Shown piece by piece: positions 17,142 to 27,092 of a stretch of 64,000 nt of DNA. The notes beneath the pieces are model-generated. The model was not told the origin of the DNA, did not search any database, and worked only from the letters and a program-made list of their open reading frames with translations. The stretch is from a virus, in IMG/VR virus record IMGVR_UViG_3300037296_000055, positions 18,505 to 82,504 of that record. One strand, given 5' to 3'. Numbering within the stretch: position 1 is the stretch's first letter; each line of letters begins with the position of its first letter. The translations under genes and the position numbers were made by a program.

Positions 17142-18743
17142 ATGGTACAACGCCCTACAAAACCTCTATCCCAATCCCCTGGTGCTGAGAATGCCCAGTA
17201 TGAGTCTTTCCTCCCTCTGTGGAAGCGAGCCAGGGCGGTAATGAACGGAGAGCATGCCGTAAAGGAAGCTGATGCACGTATTGATCGCATAAAGTTTTCT
17301 AACCTCCTGCTCCCCTTCTCCCCAATGATGGACGACCAGCAGTACGCCTTCTACAAGGCCGAAGCTGAGCTCCCCGGTCTTACCTCTCAGTATGGTAAGG
17401 TCATTGCGGGTGGCCTCCTGCGCCGCCAGCCCACCATCGAGCTCCCTGAGTCTGTTCCTGAAGACGCTAAGACCTGGTTCACCGACGACTTCACTGTTGA
17501 TGGTAAGTCCATGGTCTCCTTCCTGGACGAAGCCCTGTGGGAAGAAGTATGTTCCTCCCGTGCCTGGGTCATTATCGATTATCCTAGCGTGGACAATCCT
17601 GAAGAGCTGACCTCTGAGCAACGTGCAAAGATCCGCCCCTACCCTGTCCTCTGGAAGGCCGAAGATGTCATCAACTGGCAGACTCAGCTGAGCCCCTATA
17701 CCGGTCAGGAGGAGCTCTCTCGCCTGGTCATCCGCTACTACGAAGAAGAGTTCGTGGACAAAGACGCCTTCAGCCCTGAGCTGGTCGAGTACGCTATCGA
17801 CTATTCGCTTGACGCAGAAGGTGATTACCGAGTACGGTACTTCAAACATATCGACAATCAGGCCGTCACCATCACCAACGGCAACATGTCCCGACCTAAC
17901 AACCTTGCCGCTAATGGCGTGGGCGAAGACTGGGACCTGGTACGTACTGTCTACCCGGAAATCCGTGGCGAGATGCTGAAGTCTATTCCTGCCTTCCCTC
18001 TGAACGGTTCTCTCCGTCCCCGTGAGCCCATCCTGATGCCGCTGGTTGACCGTGAGGTCTCCCTGTACAACAAGCTTGCTCACCGTAACCACCTGCTCTA
18101 CACAGCCTCCACCTTCACTCCTGTCTTGTTCACCGACATCCAAGACGAAGAGTTCCTGGACATTGTGCAGCAAGGTCTGGGTACCTACATCCGGCTACGC
18201 CCTGATGACAAGGTAGGGGCTCTGAAGGCCCCTGTTGAGGCACTCTCCGGTCTGGAGTCCGCTATCGCAAGCACCATCGACGAGATGGCCCGGATGGGTA
18301 TCCGTCTACTGTCTCCTGACGGTAATCAAGGTGACTCCGGTGTTGCTCTGGAAATCCGTAACTCTGCTCAGACCTCTCAGCTCGCAACGCTGAACGTGAA
18401 GATCTCTCAGACAATGCGTGACATCCTGTCCCTGATGATCGACTGGAAGTATGACCTCCAGATCGAGCCTCATGACATCGACTTCACTCTTAGTGCTGAC
18501 TTCAACCCTACTCCTATCGGCGAAGCTTGGATGACAATGATCACCGGCTGGTACGATACTGGCAAGATCCCTCGCTCCCTGTGGCTCTCCGTGGCCAAGC
18601 AGAACGACATCATCCCACCTGACTACGATGATGATGAAGGTATGCAGGAGATCGGCAGTGACCCCACCCGGATCGCTGAGACTCCCACAACCCTGGATCC
18701 TGACTCCTTCGAGAGGCCAGCTCCCAAACCCGTCGCAACCTAA
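17142..18743 (+). CDS. portal protein (DUF4055-type)
   Basis: 533 aa; Y..YK..AEL, RPYPVLW.AE.VINW, SGVAL..R..Q...L; position before the head genes. Confidence 0.88.
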   Translation: MVQRPTKPLSQSPGAENAQYESFLPLWKRARAVMNGEHAVKEADARIDRIKFSNLLLPFSPMMDDQQYAFYKAEAELPGLTSQYGKVIAGGLLRRQPTIELPESVPEDAKTWFTDDFTVDGKSMVSFLDEALWEEVCSSRAWVIIDYPSVDNPEELTSEQRAKIRPYPVLWKAEDVINWQTQLSPYTGQEELSRLVIRYYEEEFVDKDAFSPELVEYAIDYSLDAEGDYRVRYFKHIDNQAVTITNGNMSRPNNLAANGVGEDWDLVRTVYPEIRGEMLKSIPAFPLNGSLRPREPILMPLVDREVSLYNKLAHRNHLLYTASTFTPVLFTDIQDEEFLDIVQQGLGTYIRLRPDDKVGALKAPVEALSGLESAIASTIDEMARMGIRLLSPDGNQGDSGVALEIRNSAQTSQLATLNVKISQTMRDILSLMIDWKYDLQIEPHDIDFTLSADFNPTPIGEAWMTMITGWYDTGKIPRSLWLSVAKQNDIIPPDYDDDEGMQEIGSDPTRIAETPTTLDPDSFERPAPKPVAT

Positions 18744-18755
18744 CAGTAGGTACTT

Positions 18756-21700
18756 ATGGAAAATCAAGACATCTTCGATCGGCAGGTAGACCACCTGATC
18801 CGCACTCGTATGTTCACCGAAGAGCTTCAGAACAAAGTCTCGTCCATGTCCGAAGGGCATCGTCGTAGTCTCCTGAACATCTTCCGTACTGGACGACCGA
18901 GTGAGATCCGCCTGGAAGTCAACCGCTACGTGGAGGAAATGAAGTCCTCCATCCGTGGTGGTATGACCGACTACCTTGGAGCGGAGATCTCTTTCCAAAA
19001 GTCAACAGCTCAGCGTTCTGTGGGGAGCTTCTATTCCCTGCAGGATGTTGACCGTGGCAAGGTGGCCAACCGGCTGCTGAACCAGCCTATCACCTTCTCG
19101 CAGACTTCCTCTGTAGGGACAGGCATCCTTCCTTCCCTGGATGCCATGGCCCCTGCCCAAACCTCTCGCCTGAACACCGTGATCCAGAAGGGTCTGTTGG
19201 AAGGCAAGTCAAGGGCCGAGATCGAAGCCTCTCTGCTGAAGACCACCAAGCTGACCGAGAACCAGGCCCGCACCCTGGTCACCACCGGTATTACCCATGC
19301 GCAAGAATTGACCACCCAAGAGTTCTGGGACGCTAACCCTGATGTTCTGTCAGGCTTCGTCTACACAGCAATTCTGGATGGTAACACCACTCGCACCTGC
19401 GGCTCCTTGGATGGCACTGTGTTCCCTGCGGATGCTGTCACCCATCGCCCACCCCTACACTGGAACTGTCGTTCTAGTCTGGTGCCTGTCCTGAAGGACT
19501 ACGACGCTCTGGTTGCCACTGACAGCCCACGCGTCACACAAAGCGCCCTTGCTGACATTCCTCCGAGCAGGTTCAATGGCCAACCACCACTCCGCGAGAA
19601 CTTCGAAGAGTGGTTGCGTCGTCAGCCCTTCAAGCGACAACAATCCTTACTCGGCTCCGAAGATGCTGCCACTCTGTTCCAGAACGGTACGCTCCGGATG
19701 AACGAGTTCTTCACTAAGCTGAAACGTCCTATCTCTATCGGCCAACTCCGCACACTGGATGCCAAGTCCACCTTCTCGTATTCAAAAGACTCTCTGGATG
19801 CTAAGGTACGTGTTGCGGCCACCCGTCCTGCAGATCTTGTTCGTAGCCCTGGCTTGGCCAAAGATCTAAAGGCCCTAATTCTGGCGGACGCCCGAGATGC
19901 CTCTCAGTCAATTTCTCTCACTGACTATCGCGGTGTTACCCTTGGAGGTAAGCGCAGCGTACGTCGTGCTACTTACAATGAGTACGATCCTCGCAACCAC
20001 CAGTATGATCCCTACACCGGCGAGGTTAGAAGTTCATACTACTACAACCCCGACTATGTCTTACTTACAGAGCGCCTTGATGTTATCCAACGATCCCAGG
20101 TACTCTCCAAGCCCCAACGAGAATGGATCACGAAGTTCGTAAACTCTCTGGAGGATGACGTCTCCGTGAACCAGCAGTCCGTGATTGCTGAGACACTACG
20201 TCTTACCTTCGAGCGTGCTGCCCGTGACACCTCCATGGGCTGGAGCGACTATGCCGGTGTTTTCCGGGCCGAGTCCAAGTTTGGTGTGACCAACGTCTCC
20301 CGTATCCTTGACCGACGCTCTCGTGCCGGTGACGAGATGTTCACCCGCTTTGCTGATGTTGATGAGCCTGCCGCTATCCAGATCCTGGGTGAGTGGAAGA
20401 CCTTTGAAGACCTCACTTCTAATCGGAACCGGAACCAACAGTTCATTAGGGACTGGGACAAGCAAGAGGGCCGCGCTCTGGCACGGAGGGTATACTACGG
20501 GCGTGCAGTTGACCTTGCGAAGGGTCGTGTAATAGACGCTCCTGGTGCTCCCACACGGGCCTATTTGCTGGGCCTCCGTCCGAAGGTCAAAGGACCTAAC
20601 AAGGACATTGTCAAGTGGGTCGAGGCCAACATCCCTGGCATCAACACTTTCAAGTTCGGAGCTCTGAAGGGCTCTAACACTGTGGCTGGCTGGATCGAGT
20701 CGGTCCCCGGAGTGAAGCAGTGGAACTCGTTCATGAAGGAATGGGCTAAGCCTTACGATCCGATCCTCTACCGTCTGAAGAATGGACTGAGTGCCAAGGT
20801 ACGTAACATCCTTGACCTTGAGTTCCTGAAGATGAGTGACCGACGTGGTCTGGTTGACCGCTTCATAACTTCCCGAGTTCTTGGGGACAACGAAGACATT
20901 CAGGTGCTGCAGAAGGTGATGAAGACCATCGCCGGAGGGACCATGACTGACTATGACGGTCTTGCCATCACCATCGGTAAGGAACTGTACAAGCAGTATC
21001 GCCCTCTCCGTCCCTGGTACAAGCCTACTCTGCAAGACTACCACCGGGATGGTGCGGGTATCCTTGAGTCTCTCCGTGAGAACGGTACGCTCCGAGTGAT
21101 GTCCCGTGGCGTGAACCGTCGTGGAGTTCTTGACCTTGATACAGGTCGTGTAGGACCACCTTTCCGAGACACCGTGTCCCGTGAGGTGACCATCCTTGAT
21201 AAGGACCTGGTTCAGCTCCAGCGAGCTAACCGTGAGATCATCGTTGCTGACCGTGTGGGTATCACAGGTCCCTCCAACGAGTATCACGTTCGTGTGGGTA
21301 AGAAAGAGTACTTCGACGCTTACGGCAACAACACTGGTCGTTCTGTGATCACCAGGTCTGCAGCGCCGTTCTACGATGAGAACCTGATCGATAAAGACTT
21401 CGCTGACATGCTCAATCATACCATGTCTTCCAAATACCAGACCGATAACGACTTCTCCCGGTTCATGCTGGACCTTGCCCGCTTCCGCGATGTTCGTGGT
21501 CGTGTGGACTACTATGACGACCTCAACCTGTTCCGCCACGACATCATCAAGCGAGGAGAGCAAGGCTTTGGGCTTATGGAAACTGTAAAGTTCCACAATG
21601 CTCGACAGAAGCCCTTCTCCGTGATGGCTCGTATCGACGGTCGAGGCCGTGTCTACTACAATGGCTATCTGACCCCCACAGGCGGTGAGATGGTCCGACC

Positions 21701-23276
21701 CTTCCTGAACTCTGCCAAGGCTGTGCCTATGACGCCAGGGGGACTACAACAACTTCGTGCTACCATCGGTGTTCTGACAGGTAGCTCCACTGAAACCCTA
21801 ACAGATGCTGGACGCTACGCCTCCTTCTACAAGAACGAGAAATCAATCTTGGAGATCGGTCGGCTCATGCAAGCAACCACTCAGCGAGATCGTCGTATCC
21901 GTGAGTTCCTCGAACATCCTCTCATCCGCGCAACGGACGGTGAGGAGGTGGCCAAGCTAGGCCGCTTTGCTCTGGAATACGCACGTATCCACGATCACAT
22001 GGGCGGTGACTTCACGGATCTACGCAGGCTCTCGTTGTACGAGACGCGTCTGATGTCCGAGGTCGATGCCAGTGCCAGCGCACTACAAATGATTTCACTT
22101 GCCACAGGTGACCGCCAAGCAGCACTCTTGTCTAACGTTCTTCCCACAACTCGGAAGCAGCGGATCTATGACATTGTTGCTCAGGAAGTTGCCAGTGACC
22201 CTCGGTTCCTGAAGATCATGGAAGAAACCGGACTTGACCTGAACTGGGAAGACCTTCAAAAGGCTGCCAAGTATCACGTCCTTGTTTCCTACTATGGTGC
22301 CGGGAGCACAGGCCAGCGTGCCCGTGTTACTGCCGAACTTGTGAACATCCTGAAGAAACGAAACGTGGGCTACATTACACGTTCTGAACAGCTTGCGGTG
22401 AACCGCGCCCTTACTGACAACATCAAGACAGCAACCGCAATGGGAGCTGAGGAGACTGTTGATGCCCTTACCTCGTTCAAGCGTGAGCTGAATGATCTGG
22501 TCAAATCAGGAGAGCGTCCGTCCACAGCAATGTTCACTGAAGCGGCTGAGATGCATCCAGACGTCTTCAACTTTCTTGATAAGCTGTCCCGTCCAACGGC
22601 AGATCCCTTCGTCGGTCCCGAGACCTTCAAAGATATCGCTGTCCTGTTGTCCGAGAAGCTGGAAGAACAAACCCCGAGGGCTTCCCAGTACATCAAATTC
22701 TGGAAGAAGGCTGCCCAGCGGTTTGCAGAAGAGACCAACACGGTCGACGTCCCCTGGGTTACTTTCGACGGAAAGCAGCTATGGCAGAGGTATCGTCCTA
22801 AGGTCCAAGAGTCAATACGTTTCCGTGATCCTGTGTCGAACCGCTTCGTGCGGAACGTGTATCAGGAGGCAGCGGAGAGCGCCACACTGCTTGGCAAGGG
22901 TTCCATCGGCGATGTTCGCCTAGGGGCTGGAGTCAACGGTACCCACATGAATGACGCCTCGATCGTGAGGATGTTCCACCTGTGGGGTAAGAAGAACGGT
23001 ATCCAGACGGGCACCATTCATGACGCTTTCTTCGTGAACCTAAATCACCTTGACGACTCTGTCCAGACGCTTCTTGAGATCTACGCTAAGGCCTCTCAGG
23101 CCCACCAGATCGAGAACACGATGCTTGCCATGCTTAAGGAAGGCATGACCAAGTCCTCGTACAACGAACTGCTGGCGACCGCGAGAGAACTCGGTTTGAT
23201 AGGTCAAACTCTTGACCCGAACGAGATCTTACGTATCCCGAACGCTAACGAGTCCCGCTACGGTTTCGGCCCCTAA
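18756..23276 (+). CDS. MuF/SPP1-gp7 minor head domain fused to T7-like single-subunit RNA polymerase (candidate virion RNAP)
   Basis: N-terminal YTAILDGNTT..C..LDG..RPPLHWNCRS; C-terminal DGRGRVY, motif A VDASASALQ, motif B K-x7-YG, NGTHMNDA, motif C IHDAF. Confidence 0.9.
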   Translation: MENQDIFDRQVDHLIRTRMFTEELQNKVSSMSEGHRRSLLNIFRTGRPSEIRLEVNRYVEEMKSSIRGGMTDYLGAEISFQKSTAQRSVGSFYSLQDVDRGKVANRLLNQPITFSQTSSVGTGILPSLDAMAPAQTSRLNTVIQKGLLEGKSRAEIEASLLKTTKLTENQARTLVTTGITHAQELTTQEFWDANPDVLSGFVYTAILDGNTTRTCGSLDGTVFPADAVTHRPPLHWNCRSSLVPVLKDYDALVATDSPRVTQSALADIPPSRFNGQPPLRENFEEWLRRQPFKRQQSLLGSEDAATLFQNGTLRMNEFFTKLKRPISIGQLRTLDAKSTFSYSKDSLDAKVRVAATRPADLVRSPGLAKDLKALILADARDASQSISLTDYRGVTLGGKRSVRRATYNEYDPRNHQYDPYTGEVRSSYYYNPDYVLLTERLDVIQRSQVLSKPQREWITKFVNSLEDDVSVNQQSVIAETLRLTFERAARDTSMGWSDYAGVFRAESKFGVTNVSRILDRRSRAGDEMFTRFADVDEPAAIQILGEWKTFEDLTSNRNRNQQFIRDWDKQEGRALARRVYYGRAVDLAKGRVIDAPGAPTRAYLLGLRPKVKGPNKDIVKWVEANIPGINTFKFGALKGSNTVAGWIESVPGVKQWNSFMKEWAKPYDPILYRLKNGLSAKVRNILDLEFLKMSDRRGLVDRFITSRVLGDNEDIQVLQKVMKTIAGGTMTDYDGLAITIGKELYKQYRPLRPWYKPTLQDYHRDGAGILESLRENGTLRVMSRGVNRRGVLDLDTGRVGPPFRDTVSREVTILDKDLVQLQRANREIIVADRVGITGPSNEYHVRVGKKEYFDAYGNNTGRSVITRSAAPFYDENLIDKDFADMLNHTMSSKYQTDNDFSRFMLDLARFRDVRGRVDYYDDLNLFRHDIIKRGEQGFGLMETVKFHNARQKPFSVMARIDGRGRVYYNGYLTPTGGEMVRPFLNSAKAVPMTPGGLQQLRATIGVLTGSSTETLTDAGRYASFYKNEKSILEIGRLMQATTQRDRRIREFLEHPLIRATDGEEVAKLGRFALEYARIHDHMGGDFTDLRRLSLYETRLMSEVDASASALQMISLATGDRQAALLSNVLPTTRKQRIYDIVAQEVASDPRFLKIMEETGLDLNWEDLQKAAKYHVLVSYYGAGSTGQRARVTAELVNILKKRNVGYITRSEQLAVNRALTDNIKTATAMGAEETVDALTSFKRELNDLVKSGERPSTAMFTEAAEMHPDVFNFLDKLSRPTADPFVGPETFKDIAVLLSEKLEEQTPRASQYIKFWKKAAQRFAEETNTVDVPWVTFDGKQLWQRYRPKVQESIRFRDPVSNRFVRNVYQEAAESATLLGKGSIGDVRLGAGVNGTHMNDASIVRMFHLWGKKNGIQTGTIHDAFFVNLNHLDDSVQTLLEIYAKASQAHQIENTMLAMLKEGMTKSSYNELLATARELGLIGQTLDPNEILRIPNANESRYGFGP

Positions 23277-23299
23277 AAGTGATGATTTTATGTCATTTC

Positions 23300-23321
23300 T
23301 ACCAGGGGACGTTATATGATA
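23300..23321 (+). promoter_or_regulatory. class B phage-RNAP promoter-like repeat, copy 3
   Basis: Identical 22-mer followed by GGGG; upstream of scaffold and capsid. Confidence 0.78.
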
Positions 23322-23497
23322 GGGGTGGAGTATTTATGCTCCCCCCTGCCCCCGGTTGATCGATGCTGATGATCGAAACTTCATCATTCATCCTTCATTC
23401 CTCCCCCAAGATTATCTAATGATGATAATCATGAAACCCTTCCTTGGGACTGTGTCCCTAACCTTGTCAATAGCTGTGCTACTGGAGAACTACTACT

Positions 23498-24160
23498 ATG
23501 CCTGACGATATTGAAAACACCGAAACTGATACCGGTAACGAAGAGACTGAGCTGGAGCTTTCCGAAGCCCAACTGGCCATGTTCGATAAGCTTGTCAAAG
23601 CCCGTTCTGAAGAGAACCTGTCTAAGATGAAGACTAACATGGACCGTATGTCTGAAGAGCGTGATCAAGCGATCCGCGAGAAAGCCCGTTTTGAAGAAGC
23701 TGAAACTGTGCGCAAGCAAGAACAGCTCGAGAAGGACGGTAAGATCCAAGAGTCCCTGGAGATGCAGCTGACTGCTCTCAAAGAGAAAAACAAGCTGCTC
23801 AATGACCGTATCTCAACAGAGAGTCGTTCCCGAAACCTTAGCTCTGCCCTACGCAGCGTTGACTTCCGAAATGACCGTGCTGCTGAGCTGGCAGAGATGG
23901 CAATCGTTCCCCAACTGATCCAAGACAAGGACGGTAACTGGGTTCACAAATCGGGTATTTCAATCAGTGAATTCGTCAAGACTTACTTCTCTGACGAAGA
24001 CAATGAATACCTGCTGAAACCAAAACAATCACGTGGCACTGGCGACGTACCCAACCCCGGAACCAAGTCGGACAAAGCTCCCGCTTCTCTCTCCGGTGTT
24101 TCAAGCTCCAAGATGCTTGAGCTCGTTCGAGCAGGTAAAGTCGGTCGTGGTGTCAAGTAA
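23498..24160 (+). CDS. capsid scaffolding protein
   Basis: Acidic N-terminus, long coiled coil, position before the capsid gene. Confidence 0.8.
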   Translation: MPDDIENTETDTGNEETELELSEAQLAMFDKLVKARSEENLSKMKTNMDRMSEERDQAIREKARFEEAETVRKQEQLEKDGKIQESLEMQLTALKEKNKLLNDRISTESRSRNLSSALRSVDFRNDRAAELAEMAIVPQLIQDKDGNWVHKSGISISEFVKTYFSDEDNEYLLKPKQSRGTGDVPNPGTKSDKAPASLSGVSSSKMLELVRAGKVGRGVK

Positions 24161-24184
24161 CACACACACCTAAGGAAATAACAA

Positions 24185-25282
24185 ATGGTTATCACCAACA
24201 CAGCCTTCCAAGACATCGAAGTCGCGATCACCGCGTATTCCGATGAGCAGTACACGGAAGCCCGTAAACTAAACTCCACCGGTCTGGTGTCCAGCTCTGC
24301 TGACATCGACACGACCATGGAGTCGTTCATCGGCCAAATGCGCTGGTACAAGACGATCGACGCGAACTTCAACACTCCGTCGCTCGTAACTCCAACTGAC
24401 GGTACCGTGACTGACGTCTCGACCGAAGTTGCCAAGTACATCAAGTCCATGCAGAGCTTCGGTGCTCGCCAGGTCAACCTGCAGAAGGTTGTTACCCAGG
24501 AAGATGGTCTTGAGAAAGTCGCACGTGACTTCTCCGAACTGCAATCGCAGAACGAAGACGCTGCTGTTAAAGCCGTCCTGACAGGCGTTGCTGGGGCTGA
24601 GACTGGCACTGGTATCACCGGTGGCATCGTCGGCTTCGACACTGAGGCCAACGCAACAACCGGTATGTTCGTGGACATGAACGCTGCTGGCGCTTACGGC
24701 GCTGTGGTTGCTTCTGCCGCTAACGGTCGTCGTTTGTTCGACAGCTCGGTCGCCGGTGCTGCTCGTGGCGAGCGTCTGTTCCGTGCCATCGGCATGGGCT
24801 TTAAAGACTATGAGCCTGATTGGGCTTACATGGTCACGACCCCTGAGACAATGGCTGACCTCCGTGCAGCTAACCTTGTGGACGACACGACCGTCACCGA
24901 CGGTAACCTGGAATTCGCAACCATCTTCGGTGGCAAGTTCCGTCTGATCCAGTCCCGCTGGAACCAGGGTGACTTCTCCTCGGCCAGCTCGCTGAACACC
25001 TACTCCAAGCGCACAACCTTCATCGTGAAGCCCGGTGCGATCGTCTGGAACCCAATCCAGCTGGAGATGCCTACCGAAATCGACCGGAATGCCAAAGCCT
25101 ATCTGGGCGGTGGTACGACCGAGATTTGGTACCGTTGGGGCTACGTCGCACACCCACGCGGCTATAGCTGGTCCGGCGCTGAGAACGTCTTCGCGAACCC
25201 TGCCTCCCTGGCAGCTGGCGCAAGCTGGGAGCGTAAGTACGACCCTCTGAACCTGTCGATCCTGCCAATCTTCCACTCCTAA
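24185..25282 (+). CDS. major capsid protein
   Basis: 365 aa; TEIDRN..GGG.T..WYRWGYVAHP.GYSW..W.R pattern; strong codon bias. Confidence 0.9.
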   Translation: MVITNTAFQDIEVAITAYSDEQYTEARKLNSTGLVSSSADIDTTMESFIGQMRWYKTIDANFNTPSLVTPTDGTVTDVSTEVAKYIKSMQSFGARQVNLQKVVTQEDGLEKVARDFSELQSQNEDAAVKAVLTGVAGAETGTGITGGIVGFDTEANATTGMFVDMNAAGAYGAVVASAANGRRLFDSSVAGAARGERLFRAIGMGFKDYEPDWAYMVTTPETMADLRAANLVDDTTVTDGNLEFATIFGGKFRLIQSRWNQGDFSSASSLNTYSKRTTFIVKPGAIVWNPIQLEMPTEIDRNAKAYLGGGTTEIWYRWGYVAHPRGYSWSGAENVFANPASLAAGASWERKYDPLNLSILPIFHS

Positions 25283-25299
25283 GCTCGAGGTGACCGACC

Positions 25300-25800
25300 A
25301 TGACTATCACACTGTTTGAGAACTCTTACGTGTCGGTCGCTGAAGCGGATGCTTACCTGAGCCCCGTGTCCACTCTCTGGAACTCAGCCACTCTCGAAGA
25401 GCAAGAACGCTTTCTCATTGTGGCTTCCAGGGAACTGGATGCTCTTCCTTGGTTAGGGACTTCTGTCTCTGACACACAGCCGATGGCTTGGCCTCGCCAG
25501 GACGTGGTGTATCATGACCGTAAACTCGGTCGGATCATCATGGTTCCTGACGGGACGCTCCCCCGTCCTGTGAAGGAGGCTCTGTTTAATCAGGTTCAGC
25601 ACTTGATGGCGTATCCTCAGCTGGTGACCATGTCACAACAGCAGGATTTCGAAAGCATCAAGGTTGGGCCGATTGAGATCGTGGACTCAGACTCGAACAC
25701 TGTTCGCTCTGTTCCTCGCATCCCCACCCGCTCCGTACACAGTCTGATCAAGGACTTCTTGTCACAAGGATCCTCTAACGTGTACTGGAGGGCGGGATGA
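25300..25800 (+). CDS. head-tail connector (DnaT-like annotated family)
   Basis: NSYVSVAEADAY, Q.MAWPR, IKVGPIEI. Confidence 0.8.
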   Translation: MTITLFENSYVSVAEADAYLSPVSTLWNSATLEEQERFLIVASRELDALPWLGTSVSDTQPMAWPRQDVVYHDRKLGRIIMVPDGTLPRPVKEALFNQVQHLMAYPQLVTMSQQQDFESIKVGPIEIVDSDSNTVRSVPRIPTRSVHSLIKDFLSQGSSNVYWRAG

Positions 25801-26147
25801 GTCTCTCAATCGCCACGCTTGAAGCTGCCGTGAACTCCGCGTTTGCGGCGGCAGGAGAGTTGGTAAAGACCGCGCAGTTGGTGAACAAAGATCCTTCAGG
25901 CTTCAGCTGGACTCAACAAGAGCTCACTGATGCCCAGGAAACCCCCACCGGTGTCCAGGTCATCCTTTACGAACAGAAGAAGTTAGACGGCTCCGGAGCT
26001 ATGACCTCCGCAATCATCCGTTCCAACCAATACAACCCAAGTGTCTACAGCAAGATCATCATTGATGGTGTTACCTACGGTATCATCGACTATGTTGAGA
26101 GCGTTGTTGTGACCGAGCTGATATTGGAGCGCACGAATGCTGTCTGA
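25797..26147 (+). CDS. head closure protein
   Basis: 116 aa, IIIDGVTY; position in head-tail module. Confidence 0.6.
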   Translation: MSLSIATLEAAVNSAFAAAGELVKTAQLVNKDPSGFSWTQQELTDAQETPTGVQVILYEQKKLDGSGAMTSAIIRSNQYNPSVYSKIIIDGVTYGIIDYVESVVVTELILERTNAV

Positions 26148-26523
26148 AATCTATGAACGTCTAGGCCCATCACTCGACACAATTTCTGCGGTAGCCCCTG
26201 TGCTGCCTGCAGGGTACAACGGTGACCTTCAGTCTCCACCCTTCATCTACTTCAACCTGGTTGCCCCTAAGGGTGAGTTGCAAGGTTATGATGGCTCCGG
26301 CTCTCTTGAAGGTGTACTAACATTCGCGATCTATGCTGACAAGGGAACTCCTCATGGCTTTTTGCCCATTGTGGACGTTCTGGATCAACAGCTCACTAAT
26401 CGTACCTTCGGTCAACTAAAGACTTACATCCCTGGCTTCCAGGAACTAGGTCTGGACTCAGTGAACAAATCACTGCTTCGCTTTGACTGGGTGCTTCCCT
26501 TCAAATTCTTCGGAGAACCATAA
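26137..26523 (+). CDS. tail terminator protein
   Basis: 128 aa, G.LTFAIY..KG; directly before the tail tube gene. Confidence 0.65.
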   Translation: MLSEIYERLGPSLDTISAVAPVLPAGYNGDLQSPPFIYFNLVAPKGELQGYDGSGSLEGVLTFAIYADKGTPHGFLPIVDVLDQQLTNRTFGQLKTYIPGFQELGLDSVNKSLLRFDWVLPFKFFGEP

Positions 26524-26525
26524 TC

Positions 26526-27065
26526 ATGGCACTACAAACTTCCATTGGCGCAGGTACCTTTTCGGCCCTGACGTACGCAAACGTTGTCGTCCCGACGACT
26601 CTTCCCAGCTCGGCCGCTTCCTGGCAAGCGCTGTTCGCCACCATCGGCGACTTTACGGAGATCAAAGACATTCGCGAGATGCCGACTTTCGGTACTCCTG
26701 CGAACATCGTCAAGGTCCCACAGTTCGGCGTGGCTCAGTCCCTGTCGATCGGTGCTCAGTCCGACGCTCCTGACCTGGAGCTGACCCTGAACTACATCCC
26801 AAGCCGTTTCGCAATTGGTCAACAGATCAAGACCGACTTGGACTCGAAAGCCTCGCGTATCTTCCGCTTCTCGCTGCTGTACGCAAAGCCAACCAACCTG
26901 GCCGACGCAACGACCGGTATCGGTACTGTCCAGAACTCCTCGATCTACTTCGTAGGTAAGATGGAGTCGCTGCAGATCATGCCATCGCTGTCTGACTCGA
27001 ACACTGCCACTCTGGCTCTGTCGATCCAGTCCGACTTCTTCGGTCCATACACCGTCGACGCATAA
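26526..27065 (+). CDS. major tail tube protein
   Basis: IREMPTFGTPANIVKVP.FG...I..QSDAP.LELTLNY; position; codon bias. Confidence 0.85.
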   Translation: MALQTSIGAGTFSALTYANVVVPTTLPSSAASWQALFATIGDFTEIKDIREMPTFGTPANIVKVPQFGVAQSLSIGAQSDAPDLELTLNYIPSRFAIGQQIKTDLDSKASRIFRFSLLYAKPTNLADATTGIGTVQNSSIYFVGKMESLQIMPSLSDSNTATLALSIQSDFFGPYTVDA

Positions 27066-27092
27066 TCCCCTCACTGATGAGATAATTCCAAC

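Noticed and set aside
20196-21596. 466-aa minus-strand ORF inside the MuF-RNAP gene (also 17166-18173, 24269-25276, 33474-34748, 37199-38068 and + strand 43512-44501)
   Set aside because: Antisense shadows of strongly codon-biased real genes; no recognisable motifs.
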